DNA from: Eledone cirrhosa
Lineage: Eukaryota
Direction: 5' to 3'
Assembly: GCA_964016885.1 (NCBI GenBank)
Contig: OZ024742.1
Location: 45,198,001-45,262,000 of the forward strand
DNA length: 64,000 nt
Part shown: piece after piece, positions 1 through 13,489 of the stretch
How the letters are laid out: the number at the start of each line of letters is the position of its first letter
How positions within the stretch are numbered: the stretch's first letter is position 1
Notes under the pieces: generated by a model
Told to the model about the DNA's origin: nothing
The model's database searches: none
The model's input: only the letters and a program-made list of their open reading frames with translations
Position numbers and translations under genes: made by a program

Positions 1-302
1 ATTAAGCTTATCTTTCCCTTTTTTCTTTCTTTCTTTTTAACATAACGGAGATTTAGATATAATGAAAACATTATGCCCCACTTGTAATTATGATAAAACC
101 AAGGAATTTTGAAGTTAACAGGAGAAGGGCAACATTGGTAGTTATTTTAACGGACTTGAATAAATGTGGCAGTAAGGAGAGCTAGATGTGAGAGGTGTTG
201 CTTGAAAGAACATGTTTGAAACATTATCTCAACACTTCACCATTCTATCATGTTGAAGTTATTGGAGATATTACGACCTGATGACGTTTAACGTCTGTTG
301 AT

Positions 303-1212
303 CACTACCACTACTAGATCCTGAACCACCACCAACCACAATTAACCACCACCACAACCACCTCCACCAATATCACCACCATCAGAATCACCATCACCAC
401 TATCACCACAACCATCACCACCACCAACCACAACCATCACCACCACTACCAACGACGACGACCACCACAATGATGATCACCATCACCACCATTGCCATAA
501 CCACCACCACCACCACCACCACAACCACCTCCACTACCACTGCCACCACTACCACCACAACCACATCCACCACCACCACCTCCACTACCTCCACCACCTC
601 CACCACCACCTCAACCTCCACCACCACTACCACCTCCACAACCACCACCACCTCAACCACCACTACTACCTCCACTACCATCATCAAAACCATCCCAACC
701 ACCACAATGATGATCACCACCACAACCACATCCACCACCTCCACCTCCAACCCCCCACCACCACATCCACCACCACCACATCCACCACCACCACCACCAC
801 CACCACCACCACCACCACCACCTCCACTACCTCCACCACCTCCACCACCACTACCACCTCCACAACCACCACCATCTCAACCACTACTACCACCTCCACT
901 ACCATCATCAAAACCATCCCAATCACCACAATGATGATTACCCCCCACCCACCAACACCTCCATCACCACCACCACCATCATCAAAACAATCACAGCCCC
1001 AACACCACCATCACAACCCCCCACCACTATAACCACCACCATCATCAAAACAATCACAACCACCACCACCACCTCCACCACCATCATCAAAACAATCACA
1101 ACCACCACCACCACCTCCACCACCTCCACCACCATCATCAAAACAATCACAACCCCCCCCCCCCCCCCCCATCACCACCACCACCTCCACCTCAACCACC
1201 ACTACAACCAGC
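303..1212. repeat. (CAC/ACC)n low-complexity repeat
   Basis: Degenerate CAC/ACC triplets with recurring ATCATCAAAACAATCAC units; explains the poly-Thr/Pro/Val ORFs. Confidence 0.95.
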
Positions 1213-1299
1213 ATGCTCATGATTTTTTCATCCTTATTCTCTCCTTTTTAGATAGTTTCTTCTTGCAATTTTTCTCTCTGATAATCCTTATCAGTACAG

Positions 1300-2340
1300 C
1301 CACGCATCTCTCCTTGCTGACCTCGACACTTGTATCCAAGTGGCAGCTGAGAAGATATGCAACGTCAGGTTTGACAAAATTGGATGGCAACAGGCCACCT
1401 TACCTGTTAGATATGGTGGCCTTGCCTCCAGTCCCTGATCTCGTTGGCTTTGCCAGCGTTTCTTTCGTCGGTAACCTCATGCCGTGTCCTCATCAACAAG
1501 GTTCTCCTAAATACAATGGAACCCACTGTGATCGAGGAACATGAGGCCACCTGTGAGACATGGAACTAGCTTGGACTTAGCCCAGTAGACGTCCCTCCTC
1601 CTTCTCCCCCTGCTGTCGTCAAGTCCCCCCAGAGTATTTGGAATGCTATCCAGTGCAACTTGGCCTCAGACAGGCTAGCACCCCAGCTCAACCAGCTCCA
1701 CCTTGCATGTTTTTGCACAGCCTCACAACCCCACAGCAGTGCCTGGGTCCATGCTTTACCCTCCTTCCCCACTGGCATGCAGCTGGACAACAATAACCTG
1801 CGCATCAGGGTTTACCTGAGGCTTGGCCTCCGGATCTGCGTGCCACATAATGTCACTGCAGATCCACCGTGGACACTTTCGGCTTCCACCCGCTTTCCTT
1901 TCGCTATAGTGCTGGTCGCCTTCCACACCATGCTGCTCTCAAGGAGGTTATAAAGCATGGTTTGGATGCTGCAAGCTTCCCCTCCCAGCTTGAGCCATTC
2001 CACGGTGGTAAACCCCTCGTCTGGGATGCTCTTGCAGCAACACATTCTCCAGTGGTAACCTGGTGCAGTCTGCAACTAACCCATGCTCTGATGCACCTCG
2101 GGCTGATGAGGAGAAACTCTTCAATTATCGGTCGCTCTCCGACAGGTCTGCAGTCAAGCCCCTAACAGTGGAGACTTCTGGTATCCTTGGCCCTAGGGCT
2201 ACCTCCCTATTTACCACTATAGGTGCTGAGCTGGCTAGCTGCAGGTGTGAGTCTCGCGAAATGGAATGGCTCTTTCAGCGCATCTCCCTTACCATCCTCC
2301 AAGGAAACGCCTTCTCCATTCTGTCTGCCAGGGCCATGGG
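1300..2340 (+). mobile_element. Degenerate CRE-clade non-LTR retrotransposon 3' fragment (post-RT, zinc finger and restriction-like endonuclease region)
   Basis: Frame-shifted peptides WQQATLPVRYGGL, LRLGLRICVPH, GFHPLS..SAGRLPHHAALKEVIK, GKPLVWDA, VETSGILGP, LFQRISLTILQGNAFSIL, typical of CRE-like C-termini. Confidence 0.75.
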
Positions 2341-2619
2341 GTGTGTAGGACCCCATTTGCTCATAATAGAGAGAGATGGGGAGGGCGAGAAAGATAGAGG
2401 TGATGACAGTGGGAGTTTGGCTCTTCTGTGTTCAAACCTGGTATGCAGCGTCAGTTGTCCGTAAGGAGGTAGTGCTTCATCTACTATTATCTAGGATGTT
2501 CCAATATTATATCTAGTTTTATATTACCCAGAAATGTCTTAAATATAAGCTAATCCAAATATAAGTTGTCTCCTATTTTACCTCAACTTAAATAAATCTA
2601 TTGTTTTAATATATGTCTT

Positions 2620-3222
2620 AACAACTGTCATAATAGACTGTCATAACAACTGACATACATCACACTTGTCATAACAACTGACACTACAACAGAACTGTCA
2701 TAATAGAATGCCTTAACAACTGACACAATAGAATGTCATAAGAACTGACACTATATCACAACTCTCATAATGTCTTAACAACTAACACTACATCACAACT
2801 GATATTATAAAGTGTCTTAACAACTGACACAACATCACAACTGTCACAATAGAATGTCTTAACAACTGACACATCACAACTGACATTATAGAGTATCTTA
2901 ACAACTGACGCATCACAACTGTCATAATAGAATGTCATAACAACTGACACTACCTCACAACTGTCATAATAGAATGTCATAACAACTGACACTACATCAA
3001 AACTGTCATAATAGAATGTCTTAACAACTGACACTACATCACAACTGTCATAATAGAATGTCATAACAACTGATGCTACATCACAACTGTTACAATAGGA
3101 TGTCATAACAACTGACACTACATCACAACTGTCATAATAGAATGTCATAACAACTGACACATCACAACTGTCATAACAACTGACGCTACATCACAACTGT
3201 CACAATAGGATGTCATAATAGA
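2620..3222. repeat. 42-bp minisatellite (ACAACTGACACTACATCACAACTGTCATAATAGAATGTCATA)
   Basis: Tandem units visible directly; 14-aa periodicity in ORF 2765-3160. Confidence 0.9.
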
Positions 3223-3749
3223 CACTACTCTACTCCATTTGTAGGTATTTTATAAAGTTGTTGCGTTGTACCAGAAATTCACAAATTATGTTTGTTTCTA
3301 GCTCAACAGACAATATTTGTACGTGAGAAAAATATATTAAAATAATTTGATTTGGGGCAATATCTGCTCCTTGATAGTCGGTTATCAGCAAGCAAATTGT
3401 GTAAATGCACGCCCATTTCTCTTATATTTCAAGAAATACTTCATTTGCTATAATATATATAATTATATACATTCTTTAATTTCACGTTTCAGGAATAATG
3501 TCACTATGTACAAAACTTACATATATCTGGGGTGTGGTTTGTGACATATCAACTGATCCTACACTTACCGGTTTTGATACCAATGGATCTGCTGTGGCTG
3601 ATGATGTGCAAATAAATGCTGAAGCTAAGACATCTTTAACTTTTCCTTGATAGTGAACAGGTTTGGTCGTCGTTTGCAAGGTGTGTTTTTCCCCAGCATG
3701 TCTCCTTGGCTGAGCTTCAGTCATAGGCCAAACGAAGACCAAGAAAGAG

Positions 3750-4690
3750 TGCTTGGAAACTGGAATATCTTTAAGCGCTCATAGCCCTCAGCCAATCGAA
3801 CAGTTCAATCAGTAAAAATTCCAAAATTGTGTTCTATAGATGGGCTGTGGCGGGTAAAAGCAACAAAGTTCTTGGGTAGACTCTGGGTGCCAACAAAATT
3901 CAACTAGCCATACTTTTCTGGAGGACATTTGGTTCAGTACCCATGGATAAATTCCAGAAATCCTTGACCTGACAGTGCTGACAGAGAGCATTGCCACTTT
4001 GAAATAAATTCTACAGGCACAGAAGTGCCATGAGCCAGGCAACTTGGAAATGTGCACAGGGCAGCAAAACCGTCCTGTATGTATTCATCCAGTGTTTGAG
4101 CATTGCTGACTTGTGGATTTATGTAGAACACCTGTTGTTAAGTGTAGGACGGATTCGGCTGTCAGCTGAGTCCATCATGAGTATTGCCCCACCGTCTTCC
4201 TATAACAAGGAAGAGCAGGCTGTTTTTATCTGCCTGGTGACCATGGCAAAATCGATCATGTGGTGGATGCTTTTCTAAGGTTTGAAGACATTTACTTTCC
4301 TCTTCAGCAAATCCCTGATTAATATTTTAGTTTCACTTCAAATACAAGTGGAGAGGGAAAAGCCACCTTTCAACCAGTTTGTTGAAAGGTTGGTGAGAGT
4401 GGAGAGCCTGGTCTGATTGAATGGGTCTGCTCTGAGTATACACCTATAGATTGCAGGACAACTGTGAGGGGACAATTGCCCTAGTGTTTAGGGTAACTGT
4501 GGCTTTTTGAGGGCTTTCTCTGCAAGTGACTCTCGGAAGTCTCCCCCACCCTATTGGAGAATTTTCTTTTGTTTGAATTTTTCACACATTTGTTGTTTTT
4601 ATGTTAATACCTTTTTTACACACAAAAACCCCTCTTTGTATTGCCGTCTTTATTGTTTTCTTAATGTCAGCCCTGCGTGGCTAATAAAGA
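3750..4690 (+). mobile_element. Degenerate Tx1/L1-clade LINE 3' fragment (zf-RVT region and 3' UTR)
   Basis: Remnants such as KTVLYVFIQC..IADLWIYVEHLLLSVGRIRLSAESI resemble the copies at 46363-47272 and 61450-62340; ends at AATAAAG. Confidence 0.7.
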
Positions 4691-6146
4691 AATCTAACTT
4701 TGCCTTTCATCCTTATGGGGTCGATAAAATAAAGTACCAGTAAAACACTGGGTAATTGTTGGCCTTGTGCCAAAAGTAGAAACAATTATTATAGCTATTT
4801 ATATGATGGGCACATTTTCTGTCCATCAAATTCCACTCACAAAGCCTTGGTCTAGCATGAGGCAATGGTAATAAAAACTTACCCATGTTACCACCGCAAA
4901 CTGGAGTCGAATCTGAAATCACATTCTTACAAAGCGAATGTCTTAATCTCACAACAATGCCTGTGCACAATTGATTTGTTCACATGCTTAAAGTCAAACA
5001 GCTCCCCCTCTCTACTTCTAAAATATAATATACATGATTACGATAAAGAAACATTAGTTATAAATTGTAATTAACAAGGACAAAATTAACAAGAAGCTGA
5101 AAACCAACAAAAGAACAATACACAATAATCCCATTGTTTTAATCAGCTGATATAGCTTGTCCTTAGTATTTATTTACTTTAAACACTGGGCTTTATTTCA
5201 GGTTAGAAAAAGTCGATTTGTAATTCTATACTTTTCGGTTATGTTTGAAAACTTATCAAGGAAACGATGAATATAACATTTGTTCTCGAATATATTTAAG
5301 GTCGGTATTGTGTGTTCTCAAATGTTAATAATTAATCTAAGGGTGGTGGATTGGCAGTACTGTAGAGCATCGAATAACATGCTTTCTGAGTTCAAATCCC
5401 ACCGTGGTTAGCTTTGCTTTTCATCCTTAAAATAAAGTACTAGTAATGTACTGGGGTTAATTTAATTGACTTTCTCCTCACACAAAATTGTTGGCCTTGT
5501 GCTTAAATCAGAAACCAAGAGTTAGTCTAACAGAAAGGAACCTTACACACACACGCACTCACCTTGATATTTATGTCAACATATATTTATGTCAGATTAA
5601 ATACAATTAATAATAATTCTTTTTTTAATTTGTGTTCTGTGCTGTCTTGTACATTTGCCTATCCTTTAAAAAGTTTTGTAATATATCAGTTTTCATGTAT
5701 GAACATATTGCAGGCCACTTGCTCACTTCAAGTATTAGGATTTATCAAGCATAGTTGAAAAGATTGGATCCCAGGTTGTACAATAGACACGCCACTAATT
5801 ATCGGATTTCAGAAGTGAGACAACTTGTTCTATTCATGCAGATCGCAATGATTACTGGGGCACCATCACTCTTCTAATGGATATAACAGTCAATTCACCT
5901 ATCAACAGGTATTTTAATAGCTTAGTCAGAGGAAGAAGGGACGTGCTTATGGTCCTTTTCATAGCCGTCGAAAGTGGTGGCGAGGATGGAGAGTTTTCCT
6001 CACACTGGGAAGTTGACTTGGATGCTTGCAATTGAGTAAATTGTGCTTTGGGTTACCCAACGACTGGGTGGTGCTGTTAAACTGATCAGTATCTACCAAA
6101 TTTCACTCACAAAGCTTTGGCTGATGTGAAACTATGGTAGAATACA

Positions 6147-6296
6147 CAGTGCCAGATTTAGGGCAAATGTGCTAGAGGCTTTGAAAAAGATTTGAAAAAT
6201 TCATGGAAAAAATTTTGTTGGCAGGAAGATGGGATCCCATGACCAACAGGGCCCTGTGCTTAAGCACACCTTAGCACAATGATAAATCCAGTACTG
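6147..6296. mobile_element. hAT-type MITE (150 bp)
   Basis: TIRs CAGTGCCAGATTTA / TAAATCCAGTACTG; perfect 8-bp TSD AGAATACA. Confidence 0.85.
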
Positions 6297-6591
6297 AGAA
6301 TACACTTGCTGAAGGTGCCATACAATGGGATCAGACTTGAAACCTTACTGTTGCTAAGCGAGCTTCTTAGCGACACTGTCACATCTCAGCTCCCTGATTT
6401 GTGTATGTATATTATCAAATGCTGATTTCTTAAAATAGGCACAAGATATCAAGTTTGAGGAAAGGGGACAGTTAGTTATATCATCTCCCAGAATGTTGAA
6501 AGACTGAATTTGAACTCAGAATGTAAAAAACTGCAAGGAATTTTGTCCAACGCTCTAACGATTCCGTAAACCCATCATCAAATATTAAGTA

Positions 6592-6868
6592 TAATGGAAC
6601 CTCAGTTTACAAACAACTTTTCCGAACATAAAATGCCTCGGTTCACAAATGATGTCTCGAGTAATGAATACGCAAGCCGGCAACAAGCTTGGAGTATCAG
6701 CAGGAAAGCGTTACTTGCTGTGTAGTTAGTTACTATGGTGATATCTATCTGTCTTTCACACAGTCTCTCTCTATCTGTATTTCTCTCTCAACATTTTGTA
6801 TGGTAAAAATAGTTTCAGTTTACGAACATTTCAGAAATTAATTAAGTTCATCAACCGAGGTTCCACTA
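6592..6868. mobile_element. pogo/Tigger-like (Tc1-mariner) MITE
   Basis: TIRs TAATGGAACCTCAGTT / AACCGAGGTTCCACTA flanked by TA. Confidence 0.75.
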
Positions 6869-9346
6869 TATACTTATAGTTAAGTGTATTTGACACCTTA
6901 CATACAATAGAGTCAATTTATCTATTTACCAAATATCTGTAATAACCCATTAACATCCTTTCTGATTATATTTCAATCTCAGTTGTGTTTATAAATAAGT
7001 GTATTTGTTAAGAGACGTCTTTTATATAAAGTAGATTTTGAAATGACCATTCTAATTCCTTTACAATCCTATCTAGGGAAACCATTTGGATACTATCTAC
7101 TTCAGTTAGTTATATAAGTTCAATTGTATTTGTGTTTGCATAAAGCTAAAACAATCCTTTGTTTGACACGATTATACACTTGAAATTATTAATGCTACAT
7201 CATTATGTAAACTGTTTCTCAATAAAAATAAATAAATAAATAATGTGAAATAATTCCCTATTAAATCAGTTGTAATATTGGCAGAGTTGTTAAAACGTTG
7301 GATAGAATGCATTGTGCTATTTGTTCCAGCTTTCTACACTCTGTGTTTAAATCCGACCAAGGCCAAGTTTGCCTTTCACCCATTCGAGGCTGATAAAAAT
7401 AAGCATCAATCCAATACTGTAGTTGATTCTTCTACTATATCTTTTTCTCATTTCTTATCTTTGTCACTTTCTCTCTCTCTGGGTTCCAAAAGATATTAAA
7501 AATGCCCAAGTAGCGCCATATGATATTATGGCACTCCTATGACACCACTTGGAGTTATGGGTTCATATATAAATACAATATTAGTGAAAGGTGGCAAATT
7601 GGTTCTTTATTCTGGTAGTTTGCATGCTGGGTTCAAAATTTGCCATGGTCTTTCATAATTTTGAAGTCGATAAATAAATTACCAATTTAGAGCTGTGAAC
7701 TGGTTAGAGTGTCAGGCTGGATTCCTTACAGTATTTATTCCAGCTCTTTGTAGTTAGAGCTTAAATTCTCCTGTGGTCTACCAGCCACTATGAAAAAGAT
7801 TGCAGCTCAACCATGTTATCCTTAGTTAACTATGAATAGCATTAGAGAGAGCCATGATATTGAATCTGCTGAGAGCAGACAATATCTGATGATGATGTTA
7901 GTAAATATAGGAGATGTTTTAAGCATTTATACATTTGTCTCTTTGACTTCAAACTGACGAAAGAGCATCTCCATAGTCACTCGACCTTGAAAAACTAGCA
8001 GTCAAATCACACTCAAATCGCATCCTACCATATATGAAAAAAAACTGACACATTAGATATCATGGCACAAGGGTTTAACCATGCCTAGAAAAAAAAAACT
8101 CACAGGACAGTCACGGCTGGAATGCCATTGATCATAAGTCAACTGTTTGGGCTAAACAACAACACTACCATCCAAGTGCAGTACTAACTAAGTAACCATA
8201 AATTTATAAAGTGATATAAGTTAATTGGTGATATAAGTTATATGGCATGTTATCAGCTGTTATCTATAGCTTCAGCTGTCAAGCAATGTAGTGGAATTAA
8301 CTCACAAATAACAGCTGATAACAACTATTTAAGTGATCCCCAATATTTTTTTGCTTGCTAGAGATAATTTAATGATTTCTTGTGGGTATGTTCGCGTGGT
8401 TAAGAAGATCGATTCGAAATTGTGAAATTATGGACAAAATAAGTTAGTATTTTCTGACATAGCCTGAAATCAACCCATGCCTTGTAAGTGAAATAAGGCA
8501 GACAGAAACTTTGCAGAAGTCCTTCAGATGAAATTTTACATGTAATTCAAAAGTCGAATCTTGTCACATACAATGTCCCACTGTGTCTGCCTGAAGACTA
8601 CATTAAGATTACATTATCTGTTGAATGCTCAGACACTTTCACTAACCTTCAATGAATAAGACATTTAATTGATGGAGCAGCTAGTGTATATACTCATTCT
8701 TTAAAATTGTATTTATTGATTTATTGATATGTGTCCAGACTGATCCTTTTTACATTGATGTACTCATGATTCAATATTTCAGGAAAATCTCTTTCTCAAA
8801 GCATTCATATTAGTAGTATCAACCATGCATTTCTAATAGCAAAGTGGCACCCTGTTTTGGACCTCCGGAAATCCCAATGATGAGCACTCCAGTTGTTTGA
8901 TCAACAGAACAACCTGCTTGTGAAATCAATGTACAAATGGATGAGCAGTCTGAATACACATGTATCTATCACACATTTCTCAGGGAGAATCAGAGTGATG
9001 CAGTGTATGTATGATATGGCTGGCCATTTCAATTACAAATACAACTCATTTTTATAAGCTAAGTAGATTGGAGCAACGTGAAATAGTGTGTCATACTCAA
9101 GGATGCAACACAGCGTCTGGAATTGAACTCAGAATATTGCAATCATAGGTCATGTGCTTTCATAAAGTATAGTCTTAAATGTGCAAACACATGCACATGT
9201 GTGTGTGTGTGTGCTTATGTGTGTGTGTGTCCAACCTTTCCAACACAAAAAAAGACATTTGTCCAACATTTTATTTCCCTAAATCTACATGTCATTAGTA
9301 TTTCAGTATTTAAGTTGTGTTTGCTAAGGCCATGCTGGAGCACCAA

Positions 9347-9505
9347 CAATGCGGGGATTTAGGACAAATGAGACCCTGTGCTAGTTAAGTTATGAGACCC
9401 CTGAAGGAGGTAGTTTCAGTAGGCCTACACAGGAAGGTGGGTTCCCCCTGGCTTGCAGGGCCCTGTACTTAAGCACATCTAAGCACAATGGTAAATCCAG
9501 CACTA
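9347..9505. mobile_element. hAT-type MITE, same family as 6147-6296
   Basis: Shared GGGCCCTGT..TAAGCACA..TAAATCCAGCACT end; TSD AGCACCAA/AGCACCAC. Confidence 0.8.
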
Positions 9506-9773
9506 AGCACCACCCATATTTTCAATAATTCTATTACTAACCTAAAACAACTCAAATTAGACATAAAGTACATTAATCAATCTCCTACCCCCAAGGAAGA
9601 TTGAACGTTCCAGATATTTGATTAACCAAACTACCTACAAACTAAATTCCTATGTTCCACAGACACCTGTATCTTTAATATGTGACAAACTGACCTTTTA
9701 TGAATTGCAGGTACAACCCATGAAATGGACTTCGATGCATTTTCTGCCTGTCTAATTATATTGATGTGATGTG

Positions 9774-10090
9774 AAGGCGTGTAGCTTAGTGGTTAGGGTA
9801 TTCAACTCATGACCTTACAACTGTGAGCTTAGTTCCTGATGGTGCATTGTGTCCTTGAGCAAGACACTTTATTTTACATTACTGCAGTTCACTCAGCTGG
9901 CAAAAATGATTTGTACCTGTAATTCAAAGGGCCAGCCTTGTTATACACTGTGTCACTCTGAATCTCCCTCCTACATTAAGAGTAGACCTGTCTGTGGAAT
10001 GCTCAGTCACTTGTATGTTAATTTCACGAGCAGGCTGTTCCATTCATTGTGTCAACTGGAACACAAATTACCATAACCAATGGAGTTCCA
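9774..10090 (+). mobile_element. Older tRNA-derived SINE with TCCTTGAGCAAGACACTTT core (related copy at 15773-16045)
   Basis: A-box-like GTAGCTTAGTGG, degenerate B box, conserved core; closely similar second copy near 15.8 kb. Confidence 0.8.
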
Positions 10091-10189
10091 GTAATTAATT
10101 ATATTGATATAGCTTGGCTATCAGCTCAGATTGCTACATTATCTTGTTGGGAATAGACTTCAAAATCAACATCTTTTTCAATAATTTTA

Positions 10190-10445
10190 GTGATATATTT
10201 GCCTCTATGTAAATCTTAGTGATATATGGGCTTCTCTGTAAATGTTAACCATATATTTGCCTCTATGTAAATTTTAGCCTTATATTTGCTTCTCTGTAAA
10301 TTTTAGCCATTATATTTGCCTATATGTAAATTTTAGCCATATATTTGCTTCTCTGTAAATTTTAGCGCTATATTTACCTCTATGTAAATTTTAATGATAT
10401 ATTTGCCTCTATATAAATGTTAGTAATATATTTGCCTCTGTGTAA
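10190..10445. repeat. ~29-bp minisatellite (ATATATTTGCCTCTATGTAAATTTTAGCC), ~9 copies
   Basis: Direct tandem repeats just downstream of the 3CxxC gene. Confidence 0.9.
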
Positions 10446-10873
10446 ATAAAGTAACCATTGTCTCATTTTTAACACATTCACTTTCAAAATCTTAATGAAA
10501 TTTTATAGCTATTTGGGCTTCCAAATAATTAAACTTATTTCCTAGTTATATTTGTATTTCTTATTCCACAATGCTTCAAGCAAACTACAACACTTTATTA
10601 TCCTTACAGTTATTTTTTTTTAGAATTGTCATCTCCATTAATTTCAACCCTGAAGTAGATTTGTACAAAACAAAGAATGAAAAACAAAATTAGATATGAA
10701 TATTTATGTAAAAAACATATATAAAGAATTTTTTTTTTATTTTTCTTCTTAAAAAATCAAAAACAAAACAGTAAAAAAATCTACTTTAACAAATATTTTG
10801 ATGTGTTTTTTTTTTTTACGCCATTCACATTGTCAATTAATAATGGTGGTGCCATTTAAAGCAAAATGTTGTG

Positions 10874-11038
10874 TCAGGAGAAAGACCATTCTTCTTTACA
10901 TAAACCTTCTTTACATGCTTGGCATAGGTCTGTATTGTGCTGATTCCTAGGTTTACCGGCACGACGGTCAATTCGAAGTGGAGGACGGACAAAACCATAA
11001 TGCAACTGACCAATCCGATTGTAGACATTCCCAATGAC
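10874..11038 (-). CDS. 3CxxC zinc-finger (RTP-like) gene, last coding exon: VIGNVYNRIGQLHYGFVRPPLRIDRRAGKPRNQHNTDLCQACKEGLCKEEWSFS*
   Basis: Acceptor ttgtag|GTC; phase 0 matches the previous exon; H..CxxC..C end of zf-3CxxC; TGA at 10876-10874. Confidence 0.9.
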   Translation of the reverse strand, partial: VIGNVYNRIGQLHYGFVRPPLRIDRRAGKPRNQHNTDLCQACKEGLCKEEWSFS

Positions 11039-11661
11039 CTACAAAGTATAAAAAAACAAGTAAATATCTGACAATTTAATATCAGTTGAATTATTACAAT
11101 TACCATATTCTACAGGGGTCTATTTTCTAGTGGTGGTAGTGGTGGTGGTGGTGATGGTACAAGATTGTTGTTGAACTTCAGGTCACCATTGATCAGAAAC
11201 ATTCTTAAGATAATGCTAACGTGTTTATTGTTATTTAGCCCAGGTGAGATTTTCCATGTTATACCAGAGTGTAAAGAAGACTTCCTGCCTTTCATCTTTT
11301 CAAAGTCAATATCAGTTCAATACTGGGGTAGATTCTACCTCTATACTTTCTTTCTTAATTCTCTCTTGCTTTTTCTTTGTATATATCTCTGGAGGAAATC
11401 GGATGTGTTCTGTGTTCTAAGATGGCCTCTGTCATGTTTAAAATGTTTAGGGCACACTGTATGTAACAACGATGGTTCCCCAAAAACTTCATTATGAATT
11501 AAGGGCGAAGAAGATTTTACAAGTGAGGTGTGTCTACTGTTCCAGCCAAACAATTATGTTACTAAAGATTCAAAATATGAGCCAATGGGCTACAGGGACA
11601 AGAAAATGTTATGTTAACCAGTTAATTAAATATTATATGTAAGTTTATATATATTAGTTAA

Positions 11662-11714
<53 letters not shown>

Positions 11715-12234
11715 ATATGTGATGAAGGAGCACGCCAAGTGGAGAGATGCAGTACTGAATAGGACCCGTCCCACCCTTGCAAGCAGGAAAAAGTGGACAT
11801 AAAATGATGATGATGATGTGTGTGTAATTATATATATATTCAAAATAGTGAGCGCACAGGACAAAGACAATGGAAAAAAAACAACGGAAAGACAGAAAGT
11901 CCCATCTCGCCAGTCAACCTCTGGAAATCACTACGGTTGCAGTGCATTAAGGTCCATACCATTCATTCCAGTGCACATTGGGACATAACAAACAGGTTGA
12001 GACAAGTTATACCTTTAGGGAAATTACACAAATATAGAGTGCACAAGGGCTTAGCCAAAGGAGAAGATTAAAGAAAGGAGAGAAATAGTAAAACAGAAGA
12101 GAATAAGGACTGTTGTCCAATGTGTGGACATAGAAGGACACTGAAGCATAGACAATGTAAGATGGGATAATAGGGGAAAATAGCTCGTTGATATATGCAC
12201 ATATATACAAAGGAAAAAATGTTAATTTACCCAC

Positions 12235-12405
12235 TTTTACGACTTCTTCAGGGTACCACATTGCTGGTTCATAACAACCATTTTTACATCGCATACACTG
12301 TTGGCCATATAATTTAAACATCACATAACCAGAACTCGTAGCAAAATTCAAATGAAACCAAAATATAACTCTGCCTTTCATCGAAGTCCAACCATGACCA
12401 CATTG
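12235..12405 (-). CDS. 3CxxC zinc-finger gene, middle coding exon: QCGHGWTSMKGRVIFWF...LYGQQCMRC...PAMWYPEEVVK
   Basis: Acceptor ttatag|CAA, donor AAA|gtgggt; 171 nt, phase 0/0; WTS and GQxCxxC motifs of zf-3CxxC. Confidence 0.9.
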
Positions 12406-13489
12406 CTATAACAAATGATAATGAAGATAATAATATTGATAATAATAATGATAATAATAAAAATAATAATAATAATGATTTCTTTATTAACCACAAGGGT
12501 TTACATAAAGTAGACATTAAGGACAGTGCAGGACAATACAGGACGGTACAAATGGGCATTTCTGCGTGTAAAAAACAAAAACAATAATAATAATAATAAT
12601 ATATAATTAAAAAAATATATAATAAAAAAAAATAATAATGGTTTCAGTAGTAGTAGTAGTAGTAGTAGTAAGAAGAAGAGGAAGAGGAGGAAGAAGAATG
12701 AACTAGACAGACATAACACACCCACAAGTTAAAGAATATTATAGAAGCATTACATATTCTTTTATAAAATGTAGGAATCCCAAACTCAGAAAATAACTGT
12801 AATAATAGACGATTGTCATAAATAATAGCTTAGAAAAATGGGTAAAATACCACTTTGAAAAACTTGTCTACATCATATCCTGTCCGATTTCCAGTCATAC
12901 GACTTTATATTGTTTTTGTTTACATACTTGCTTTGCTGTGAATTATCACAGCAAACACTTGTTCTCTGTCTTTATGTTGTAATGTTTTTTCATTTGCGTC
13001 TTTCCGGTGACTTGTTCTAAGCTGTCATGCAGCCTGGGCACAGTATTATACAATACGCCCCCCCCCCCCCCTTATGCATGAAATAACACTTCTTAGGGAG
13101 TGGTTCATGAGGAAGATAGATGCTTCTGTTCATCCCCCTGTCTAACATTGCCATCTGCATTTTCTCTGCTTCCAATCTGGTATCATCTTCAAGAACATCG
13201 TTCAGCATGGTGGTTGGTCTTCCAACTCATATGCACACATCAGGTTTCCAGAAAAGAACTCTGCCAGCAAGTTTATTGTGACGTTTCACCTGTTTGACTA
13301 ATGCAAGCCTCCTATGCCTTATGATGTCAAAAAGGTGAAGGTGTGAGCTGGTGAGTGATTTATTCACTACATGTTCTCCCTGATATGTTCTGGACATTTT
13401 TCAGCATGTGGGGAAATGTGCCATTAATCTTTTTTGTGAGTGTTTTTGTTAGTGTCTATGAGTCACATCAAAACTATTGAACGACATGG

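Noticed and set aside
278-300. CTGATGA followed by a short hairpin
   Set aside because: No downstream GAAA or stem III
415-1220. Poly-Val/Thr/Pro ORFs (mucin- or formin-like)
   Set aside because: Translations of CAC repeats, open on both strands, with no splice or domain support
2103-2122. CTGATGAGGAGAAAC hammerhead-like string
   Set aside because: No stem II or III and no usable cleavage triplet with stem I; lies in CRE coding remnant
2620-3222. CRISPR-like regular repeats (also 10190-10445 and 31866-32260)
   Set aside because: Contiguous tandem units without unique spacers; eukaryotic context; no cas genes
11110-11592. Possible alternative exon in the last intron (good acceptor ttgtccctgtag near 11591)
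   Set aside because: Early stops in all three frames after the acceptor; the flanking exons already join in frame
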